From: Bacteroidales bacterium
GTDB lineage: Bacteria > Bacteroidota > Bacteroidia > Bacteroidales > VadinHA17
Assembly (NCBI GenBank): GCA_041740815.1
Contig: JBGSLG010000041.1
Coordinates: 555 to 64,554 of the forward strand
Reading direction: 5' to 3'
DNA: 64,000 nucleotides
In this document: positions 52,436-60,369 of the stretch, in pieces
Layout of the letters: every line of letters starts with the position of its first letter
Position numbering within the stretch: position 1 is the first letter of the stretch
Translations under genes and position numbers: made by a program
Notes under the pieces: model-generated
What the model saw: only the letters and a program-made list of their open reading frames with translations
The model's database searches: none
Told to the model about the DNA's origin: nothing

Positions 52436-52675
52436 ATCAGATATCTTCAAAAAAAGAAATCACTATAAACTTCAAGGGCAACGAGAAATGTGAGAGGATA
52501 AAGATGGCTAACATTGCACAGACTGTGAATGTACTGCAGTCTCTGCTACACACTGACGGGGGGAAGATGATTCTTAATCCTACCTATCACGTCTTCGAGA
52601 ATAAAACTTTATGGCCGGATCTCTTACCGGCAAGCAGAAATCGTATATTTGACAATACATTTTATACAAAATACA

Positions 52676-53806
52676 ATGAAAAAGCAACGATTAATTTTAA
52701 TCCCTGCACTGGCAGTTGTAATGATTATCATGGGCTCGTGCGGAAACAATAAACCCAGAGAGATGATTACTGCAGAAAGCTTTGGCTCATTTGAAGGGAA
52801 GGATGTCTTCCTTTACACACTCACAAATAAAGACGGTGATTTCATTAAACTGTCAAACTACGGGGCGGTGATTGTTGAGATCAGCGTTCCCGACCGCGAC
52901 GGCAAACGTGATAATGTCACACTGGGATATGACAGCTTTGAAGGTTATTCAAAGGGCGATTTATACTTCGGAAAGGTTGTGGGCCAGTATGCAAACCGTA
53001 TAGCCAGGGGCAGGTTCACCCTTGACAGCGTCGATTACACCCTTGCCATTAACAATGCACCAAATGCTCTCCATGGCGGACCCACCGGCTGGCACAGTCG
53101 CGTCTGGGCTGCCGAGGTGCTGAAGGGAACTGATTTTCCGGCTGTGAAATTCACATACAGTAAACCCGACATGGAAGAGGGCTTCCCGGGCAACGTGGTT
53201 GCAGAGGTGGTTTATACCTGGACTGACGACAATGAGATAATAATGGATTACAAGGTCACCACCGACAGGAATACGGTCATTAACATCACCAACCATGCAT
53301 ACTTCAACTTGCACGGAGCTGGTGTGGGTGACATACTTGATCATGAGGCTCTGATCAGGGCTTCCGCCTTTACGCCGGTCGATTCGACTCTCATTCCTAC
53401 CGGCGAGATCAGGCCTGTGGAGGGCACACCGCTTGACTTCCGGACACCTTATCTGATAGGTGAGAGGATAGGTGAGGATTATGACCAGTTGGTCCTTGGC
53501 GGCGGCTATGACCACAATTACGTGCTTGACAACGTTGAGCCGGTTGATGCTGAGGTCTATGATCCCTCAACAGGCAGGCTGTTGGAAGTCATCACAGATC
53601 AGCCGGGCGTACAGCTTTACACCGGCAACTTCCTTGACGGCACACAGACAGGTCACGGTGGCAAGGTTTACAACTACCGCTCCGGGTTCTGTCTTGAGAC
53701 GCAGCACTTTCCCGACAGTCCCAACCAGGCATCATTCCCGTCAGTCGTGCTTACACCCGCGGAGCCCTTTCTGTCGAGTACCACCTTTCGATTTAGCGTC
53801 AGGTAG
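52676..53806 (+). CDS. galM: Aldose 1-epimerase (mutarotase), lipoprotein
   Basis: The track ORF starts at TTG 52649; the ATG at 52676 gives [23 protein letters not shown] (lipobox). Motifs [14 protein letters not shown] and [13 protein letters not shown]. Confidence 0.85.
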   Translation: MKKQRLILIPALAVVMIIMGSCGNNKPREMITAESFGSFEGKDVFLYTLTNKDGDFIKLSNYGAVIVEISVPDRDGKRDNVTLGYDSFEGYSKGDLYFGKVVGQYANRIARGRFTLDSVDYTLAINNAPNALHGGPTGWHSRVWAAEVLKGTDFPAVKFTYSKPDMEEGFPGNVVAEVVYTWTDDNEIIMDYKVTTDRNTVINITNHAYFNLHGAGVGDILDHEALIRASAFTPVDSTLIPTGEIRPVEGTPLDFRTPYLIGERIGEDYDQLVLGGGYDHNYVLDNVEPVDAEVYDPSTGRLLEVITDQPGVQLYTGNFLDGTQTGHGGKVYNYRSGFCLETQHFPDSPNQASFPSVVLTPAEPFLSSTTFRFSVR

Positions 53807-53818
53807 CTTTTTGTAAGA

Positions 53819-53958
53819 GTCCACAGTCTTCAGTCCACAGTCTTCAGTCAATTGGTTATCAACTGATTGCCGACTGAGGACTGCCGATTGCCGACTTGTC
53901 ATCTGGACTATTGCCTATTGACTGAAATGACTGCCGAATGAGGACTGCACGATTGCCT
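53819..53958. repeat. Second heptanucleotide repeat array, about 20 phase-locked 7-mers: AGTC-type units then GACTG/GATTGCC-type units
   Basis: Parsed by hand as agtccac agtcttc agtccac agtcttc agtcaat ... ttgccga ctgagga ctgccga ttgccga ... It shares a 14-mer with the first array in reverse complement. Confidence 0.85.
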
Positions 53959-54027
53959 GCCCTGCAAACTGGCTCCTTTGCTAAAATTGCCCACCGGTCA
54001 ATTTATTAACCCTCGGCCCTCTACTGC

Positions 54028-55395
54028 CTATTGCCTTAGCAGAGCGTCAGAGTTCCGGATCTTAATAGATCGGAACCAGACCTCATTCCCGTGATCCTGA
54101 AGTAGTATGTGGCCCTTCTCTGCCTCGCCGAAGGCAGCGAAATCCTTATACTTGCTCTCCAGGACCAGCTGGCGGTATGCCTCGCTGCCTCTTTCATATT
54201 CGAGCACCTTGAAGCCATTGAGCCAATGCTCAACATGCCCGTTAAGGGATACTATATGCGCTGCATTCCATTGTCCTACCCCGTTGAACCGCTTGTTGGC
54301 CGCCGGAATGAGATCGTAGAGTGAAGCGACAGTCCTGTTGCCGTCGCGGCCCATCTTTGCATCGGGATGGCGCAGGTCGTCAAGGACCTGGTATTCAAGA
54401 CCAATAGCAGAGCCTGAGGTAGCATAATTTTCAGTCACGAAATATTTCACTCCGCTGTTAGCACCTTCAGTTATCATAAATTCGAAGAACAGGTCGAAGT
54501 TCCCATATTGGTCAACGGTGACAATATCTCCGCCTCCCTTTGATTCAGCTCCTCCCGAAGCAAGGACCTTCAGGCATCCGTCTTCAATGACCCATCCTGC
54601 CTCGGGAAAGGCATCCTTATGAGCTCCTCTCCAGCCTGCTGAGGTGGATCCGTCAAACAACAGCTTCCATCCGTCGCTCACCTCTCTGTCAGTCAGGGTG
54701 TTCGGAATAAAGTTTGCCTGATAGATGACAGCTGTGTCGGTGTTCATGTATTTTTCGAGATTCACCGTGACTATCCTTATATTCTTCCACATCACACGGG
54801 TACCGGCCAGTTCATCCTTCACGGCGTGCACCTGGAATCCGATTAAGCCCGAAGCATCGGCGTCATCAACCAGGTCGGCAACAGGAATACCGTTTATCCA
54901 TGTTCTGATACGGTTACCGATGGCTTCCACATGGTAGCTGTTCCAGCCGTACCTGTCAAACGACTTCACGGCAGCCTGGTTGTTGGGGGTGACAGGGTAG
55001 AGCCATCCCCGCCTTGCCTCATCATAGATCCCGCCGCTCCATCCTCTGTCTGTTGGGTCTATCTCGATCTGGTACCCGTATACAAGCACCTTGCCGTCAT
55101 TATCAGAGCTGTGGCTTCTGATCTGGACGCCGGAGTTGAGAAGGGTGTCAACCTTGACATCAAACTCGAGGATAAAGTCGGAGTATTCCACTGTGGTGCA
55201 CATAAAGCTGTTTGGGGTGCCGGGGGTTGATATACCGACCATCACACCATCCTCAACAAAATATTTTGCCTCTCCGCCCATCTGAACAAATCCGGTGAAG
55301 TCATTGCCGTTGAACAGCTTCTGCCAGTCGCTCTTGGTGCATCCGGCAAATATCATTATGGCTGACAGAGATAAAAGAATCAATTTCGATTTCAT
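54028..55395 (-). CDS. Tandem DUF1080 (3-keto-disaccharide-hydrolase-like) domain lipoprotein
   Basis: 455 aa with lipobox (FAGC) and two about 200-aa repeats. Each has W..LFNG...W and VEDG motifs and ends like VWFRSIKIR. Confidence 0.65.
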   Translation of the reverse strand: MKSKLILLSLSAIMIFAGCTKSDWQKLFNGNDFTGFVQMGGEAKYFVEDGVMVGISTPGTPNSFMCTTVEYSDFILEFDVKVDTLLNSGVQIRSHSSDNDGKVLVYGYQIEIDPTDRGWSGGIYDEARRGWLYPVTPNNQAAVKSFDRYGWNSYHVEAIGNRIRTWINGIPVADLVDDADASGLIGFQVHAVKDELAGTRVMWKNIRIVTVNLEKYMNTDTAVIYQANFIPNTLTDREVSDGWKLLFDGSTSAGWRGAHKDAFPEAGWVIEDGCLKVLASGGAESKGGGDIVTVDQYGNFDLFFEFMITEGANSGVKYFVTENYATSGSAIGLEYQVLDDLRHPDAKMGRDGNRTVASLYDLIPAANKRFNGVGQWNAAHIVSLNGHVEHWLNGFKVLEYERGSEAYRQLVLESKYKDFAAFGEAEKGHILLQDHGNEVWFRSIKIRNSDALLRQ

Positions 55396-55412
55396 TTCAA
55401 TATGCAGTTAGG

Positions 55413-56762
55413 TTAGTACTCAGGGAATTTCCAGGGGGCATTGTAATATGGTCTTATCAGCTCATTGGCTTCATCCTCTCGGAATTTGCCGGCGGTGTTA
55501 TCCCATGCCAGCGGCTTGCCCAGCCTGCATGATACATTTGCCAGGTGGGTCATCTTGGCCACCTGCGCTCCGATAGCCACATCAGCATTCGGCAGCTTGC
55601 GGGTTGTCATGCAATCGAGGAAGTTAGCCACATGGGCAGCAAGTCCTCCGCCTGCGACAGCCTGTCCTTCCACGGTCTCCGACTTTGTCTGAAGGGGTAC
55701 GGGTTCCATGCGGGGTGCCGAATCAACCTCAGGGATCACCTCCCATCCGTTGCGGTCAAGCACCAGTGTGCCGTTCTCACCGAGAAAAGCCAGTCCGTGT
55801 TCCCGTCCGTAAGGTCCGTCCTTGATACCGCAGGCATGATCCCAGCTTATTGTGAAATCGTCATAGACATACGAGGCCAGCAGTGTGTCAGGCGTCTCCA
55901 TTGCATCGGTGGGGTAGGCAAATTTGCCACCTGCTGTATAAACCGCTTTGGGCAGGTCGGCTTTCATGCCCAGCAGTGCATAGTCAAGGAGGTGTACACC
56001 CCAGTCCGACATCAGTCCTCCGGCATAATCCCAGAAGTACCTGAAGTTATAGTGAAAACGGTTTGGGTTGAAGGTTCTGTGCCGGGCCGGGCCGAGCCAC
56101 ATCTCGTAGTCCACTCCGGGCGGCACAGGGCCGTCGGGCTGAACGGGAAGGGTCTTCTTCCAGATCATATATGCCCACACCTTTACTGTTCTGATACGGC
56201 CAAGCTTGCCTGAGTGAATAAATGCAACCGCATCCTGCCAGTGGGGATCGCTGCGCTGCCACTGTCCGGTCTGTACCACCCGGTCATGTTTCCTTGCTGC
56301 CCTGACCATGACGTCACACTCGGCGATGGAGTTGGCAAGCGGTTTTTCGCAATAGACATCCTTCCCGGCCTCCATTGCCGCAATAGCCTGGAGACAGTGC
56401 CAGTGGTCGGGGGTAGCCACAATCACGGCATCAACATCGCGGTTTTCCATTACCCTCCGCCAGTCCTTCACAAGCTGCGGGGGCTTTTTACCTGCGATCT
56501 TCTCAACGTCAGAGGCTCTCTTGTTCAGCCACTCATCATCAATGTCACAGATTGATACGCATTTTACCTGCGGGAACTTAAGGAATGTCTCAAGGTTTGA
56601 CCATCCCATGTTACGGCCCCCGATCAGGGCCACTCTGACGGTGTCAGACGGGCTGACTTGCCGGTATGGCATGCCATAGGCTGAAACAATGGGTCCCACC
56701 CCTGCTATTCCGGCTGAAGCGAGCAGGCTTTTCCTGACAAAGTCTCTTCTGTTGCTGTTCAT
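55413..56762 (-). CDS. Gfo/Idh/MocA-family oxidoreductase with a twin-arginine signal
   Basis: 449 aa with Tat motif SNRRDFVRKSLLASAGIAG and Rossmann motif VALIGGRNMG...EKP. Confidence 0.85.
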   Translation of the reverse strand: MNSNRRDFVRKSLLASAGIAGVGPIVSAYGMPYRQVSPSDTVRVALIGGRNMGWSNLETFLKFPQVKCVSICDIDDEWLNKRASDVEKIAGKKPPQLVKDWRRVMENRDVDAVIVATPDHWHCLQAIAAMEAGKDVYCEKPLANSIAECDVMVRAARKHDRVVQTGQWQRSDPHWQDAVAFIHSGKLGRIRTVKVWAYMIWKKTLPVQPDGPVPPGVDYEMWLGPARHRTFNPNRFHYNFRYFWDYAGGLMSDWGVHLLDYALLGMKADLPKAVYTAGGKFAYPTDAMETPDTLLASYVYDDFTISWDHACGIKDGPYGREHGLAFLGENGTLVLDRNGWEVIPEVDSAPRMEPVPLQTKSETVEGQAVAGGGLAAHVANFLDCMTTRKLPNADVAIGAQVAKMTHLANVSCRLGKPLAWDNTAGKFREDEANELIRPYYNAPWKFPEY

Positions 56763-56855
56763 GATATATCTTTTTGAATTACGATGTTCAATTCAGGCTC
56801 TTTCCAAAGGTAATAAATCCTAACTTTATCCTGCTGAAAACAGATATCCTGACTA

Positions 56856-59489
56856 ATGAAAAAAGTAATCGCATCACAGTTTCTCATATTTGGGATCCTT
56901 TTTGCCCTGTCGGCTCAGAGTCCGGCATACCTGAAAACCGATCTTCCGTTTGAGGAGCGGGTGAATGACCTCGTAGGCCGAATGACCCTCGAGGAGAAGG
57001 CCGCACAGCTGTTGTATACCGCACCGTCCATTCCGCGTCTGGGTGTTCCGGAGTACAACTGGTGGAATGAGGCGTTGCACGGGGTTGCCCGCGCAGGTTA
57101 TGCCACCGTCTTTCCGCAGTCGATAACCATTGCCAACAGCTGGGATGAGGATCTGATGCTTGATGTGGCCAATGCCATCTCCGACGAGGCCAGGGCCAAG
57201 TATCATGAGTTTTTACGGAGGGGTGAGCCGGGTATCTATCACGGTCTTACCTTCTGGTCGCCTAACATTAACATATTCCGTGATCCGCGCTGGGGCAGGG
57301 GCCATGAGACATACGGTGAGGATCCGTATCTCACCGGCCGCATGGGGCTTCGTTTTGTTCAGGGGATGCAGGGGTCTGATCCTAAGTATCTCAAGACAGT
57401 GGCTACGGCAAAGCATTATGCAGTACATTCAGGTCCCGAACCTCTCAGGCATGAGTTCAATGCAGTAATCAGTGAGCGTGACCTGCGTGAGACTTACCTT
57501 CCGGCATTTCGTACCCTGGTTAAGGAAGGAGGCGTTTATTCAGTAATGGGAGCCTACAACCAGTTTCGGGGCCATCCGGCATGCGCCAGCGATGAACTCT
57601 ACGGGATACTAAGAAATGAGTGGGGGTTTGACGGTTACATTGTCTCCGACTGCTGGGCCGTCTCGGACTTTTATAAATTCCAGGGTTATGCAACTGATGC
57701 TGCCGAAGCGGCAGCACAGGCACTCAAGGCAGGCACTGACCTTGAGTGCGGCGTCGACTACAGGCACCTGATGGAGTCTTACAGGCGTGGACTGATCACA
57801 GAAGCAGATATTGACAGGGCAGTGAAGAGGGTGATGATGGCGCGCTTCAGGCTGGGCATGTTCGATCCGGACAGCATAGTTGATTATGCACAGATACCTT
57901 ACCAGGCAAACTGTTCTGACTACAACAGGTCGTTGGCCAGGAAAGCTGCCTGCAAATCGATCGTACTCCTGAAGAATGAGGCCGGATTACTTCCTCTTGG
58001 CAAGGGAATAAAGAGTATAGCAGTGGTAGGTCCGAATGCGGCTAACTGGGAGGCGCTGGTGGGAAACTATAACGGCATTCCAAAAGATCCGGTTACCGTA
58101 CTTGATGGCATCAGGGCGAAGGCCGGCGAATGCACCGAAATATTATATGCCGAAGGAAGCGACCTGGCAACGGGAATAAACAACCTGGTCGTGATACCTT
58201 CATGTTTCCTCTCAACTCCTGACGGAAGACAGGGAGCAATAGGAGAGTACTTTGGGAACAGGGATATGAAGGGTGATCCGCTATTCACCAGAAGAGACGA
58301 CAAAATTGATTTTTACTGGGAGAACAACTCACCCCACCAATCGATGCCTGTCAATGATTTCGGGATCCGATGGATAACATACCTTGATCCTCCTGTCACT
58401 GGCAGATATGCCCTCGGAGCATGGGGGTCATCTGACTATCTGGTTATTGTTGAGGGCGATACTCTCATTCGTTACAGGGGCGAGCATCATGCTTTTCACA
58501 GGGAGGAGGGGATAGATCTCACGGCCGGAGTAAAAAAGAGGATCGAAGTAGTTTACAGAAATTGGGGAGGTGACGCCGACATGGAACTTCTATGGGCACT
58601 TCCGCGGGTGAATCTGCTTGAGGAGTCGGTGGCAACAGCTTCCCGGGCGGACATCGTGCTGCTTGTGCTGGGTCTGTCGCAGAGGCTGGAAGGCGAAGAG
58701 ATGGGAATAGATATTGACGGCTTCAGCGGCGGCGACCGTACCAGCCTTAATCTGCCCAAGAACCAGGAGGATCTCCTTAATGCCATGATAAACACGGGGA
58801 AACCGGTTGTGGTTATCCTGATGAACGGAGGTCCGGTAGCCTCGCTGCAGGCTCAGGAGAATGCCGCAGCGGTGCTCCTTGCCGGTTATCCGGGGGTGGA
58901 GGGTGGCAGCGCCGTGGCTGACGTACTGTTTGGCGATTATAATCCTGCTGGCCGTCTGCCTGTGACATACTACAGCTCTGTTGACCAGCTGCCACCATTC
59001 GATGAATATGACATGGCCAACCGTACCTACAGGTATTTCACAGGGGTGCCTCTCTATCCGTTCGGCTATGGGTTGAGCTACACAACATTTGCCTATGCTG
59101 ACCTGGCTGTTCCTGAGAAGACGGCTACTGGTAGTGATGTGAAGGTGACGGTAACGGTTACAAATACAGGTGACATGGCAGGAGATGAGGTTGTTCAGTT
59201 ATATCTGACAGATGAGAAGGCCTCATCGCCACGACCTCTGCGGCAGCTTGAGGGTTTTAAGCGCATCCGCCTGAATGCCGGAGAGAGCCGAACGCTGGAG
59301 TTCACCCTTAAGGCTGAGCAACTATCGCTGATCAACAGTAAGGATACCAGGGTAATTGAACCGGGCTGGTTCACCGTTGCCGTTGGAGGAGGTCAGCCTG
59401 GGTCGACAGCTGTGGCCGGGGAGACGCCAGGGCAGGTCCTGGAAGCGCGTTTCAGGGTGACCGGCAAGGAAATGAAGGTTGCGAAATAA
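56856..59489 (+). CDS. Glycoside hydrolase family 3 (beta-glucosidase/beta-xylosidase type) with a PA14-like insertion
   Basis: 877 aa with a signal peptide, WNEALHG, KHYAVHSGPE and GYIVSDCWAV, and a C-terminal Fn3-like region (VVQLYL). Confidence 0.85.
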   Translation: MKKVIASQFLIFGILFALSAQSPAYLKTDLPFEERVNDLVGRMTLEEKAAQLLYTAPSIPRLGVPEYNWWNEALHGVARAGYATVFPQSITIANSWDEDLMLDVANAISDEARAKYHEFLRRGEPGIYHGLTFWSPNINIFRDPRWGRGHETYGEDPYLTGRMGLRFVQGMQGSDPKYLKTVATAKHYAVHSGPEPLRHEFNAVISERDLRETYLPAFRTLVKEGGVYSVMGAYNQFRGHPACASDELYGILRNEWGFDGYIVSDCWAVSDFYKFQGYATDAAEAAAQALKAGTDLECGVDYRHLMESYRRGLITEADIDRAVKRVMMARFRLGMFDPDSIVDYAQIPYQANCSDYNRSLARKAACKSIVLLKNEAGLLPLGKGIKSIAVVGPNAANWEALVGNYNGIPKDPVTVLDGIRAKAGECTEILYAEGSDLATGINNLVVIPSCFLSTPDGRQGAIGEYFGNRDMKGDPLFTRRDDKIDFYWENNSPHQSMPVNDFGIRWITYLDPPVTGRYALGAWGSSDYLVIVEGDTLIRYRGEHHAFHREEGIDLTAGVKKRIEVVYRNWGGDADMELLWALPRVNLLEESVATASRADIVLLVLGLSQRLEGEEMGIDIDGFSGGDRTSLNLPKNQEDLLNAMINTGKPVVVILMNGGPVASLQAQENAAAVLLAGYPGVEGGSAVADVLFGDYNPAGRLPVTYYSSVDQLPPFDEYDMANRTYRYFTGVPLYPFGYGLSYTTFAYADLAVPEKTATGSDVKVTVTVTNTGDMAGDEVVQLYLTDEKASSPRPLRQLEGFKRIRLNAGESRTLEFTLKAEQLSLINSKDTRVIEPGWFTVAVGGGQPGSTAVAGETPGQVLEARFRVTGKEMKVAK

Positions 59490-59513
59490 ACAAAAGGCCG
59501 GACTCCCGGTTTA

Positions 59514-60137
59514 TTGTACGTGGCAGAAATTGAAAGGAACAGGAGGAGGACCGGATGGGTTGTGATACTCACCGCGGTCACCATGGTCATCGAGATCATT
59601 GCAGGGTGGCTCACGGGCTCCATGGCTCTGCTGGCAGACGGCATCCACATGGGATCGCACGTGCTTGCCATTGGTCTCAGCTGGGCTGCATACGTACTTG
59701 TTCAGAGGCTTTCATCCAACCCCTCATTCACCGGTAACAAGGATAAGGTACTGACCCTTTCAGGGTATACAAGCGGACTCATACTCCTGATCTTTGCGGG
59801 TATGATCATTGCAGGTGCCATCGGGCGATTCATCAATCCACGCGTCATAGAATACAGGGAGGCAATTTTAATAGCCTTTATTGGCCTCGGTGTGAATATC
59901 CTGAGTGCGTTTCTTCTGCATCATGACCATGAGGAGAGGGACAATAATATCAGGGCAGCCTATCTTCATGTCCTTGCTGATGCAGTTACAAGCGTGGCTG
60001 CCATCATTGGACTGATTGTGGCAATGATATGGGGCCTTCCCTATGTTGATGCAATAGCGGCCCTCATCAGTTCAGCCGTCATTATCAAATGGTCGCTCGG
60101 ATTGCTCAGAGACTCAGGACGTGAGCTTATCTCCTGA
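59514..60137 (+). CDS. Cation diffusion facilitator (CDF) transporter, membrane domain only
   Basis: 207 aa with a TTG/GTG start, six TM helices and metal-site motifs LLADGIHMGSH (TM2) and YLHVLADAVTS (TM5). It stops just after TM6, so there is no cytoplasmic C-terminal domain. Confidence 0.7.
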   Translation: MYVAEIERNRRRTGWVVILTAVTMVIEIIAGWLTGSMALLADGIHMGSHVLAIGLSWAAYVLVQRLSSNPSFTGNKDKVLTLSGYTSGLILLIFAGMIIAGAIGRFINPRVIEYREAILIAFIGLGVNILSAFLLHHDHEERDNNIRAAYLHVLADAVTSVAAIIGLIVAMIWGLPYVDAIAALISSAVIIKWSLGLLRDSGRELIS

Positions 60138-60318
60138 CCATTCTCCTAAAAAATGTTAAATAGGTCTTAACATGAGATATGTCATCAAATGCGCATTGCA
60201 TCGGCCTTAGATTTGCCGGTACCTAATTAGTGTATTCCTTACACTTCGGTCTTTTAGTGTTTTAGTCACACACAATTATCGCATTAAAAGATAGTTTAGG
60301 TTTTTAGGGGTTATTACA

Positions 60319-60353
60319 AATACCGTCCTGGTTCTCAGGACGGTATTCTTTTA
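60319..60353 (+). terminator. Rho-independent terminator
   Basis: 12-bp stem aataccgtcctg / caggacggtatt with a 5-nt loop, followed by cttttat. Confidence 0.7.
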
Positions 60354-60369
60354 TACCCGTTCGGTTCCA

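Noticed and set aside
52408-52752. A 114-aa plus-strand ORF spanning the GH127-to-mutarotase spacer
   Set aside because: It overlaps the 3' end of the GH127 gene and the signal-peptide region of galM in other frames. It has no motif and no plausible start context. The 240-bp spacer is more likely regulatory.
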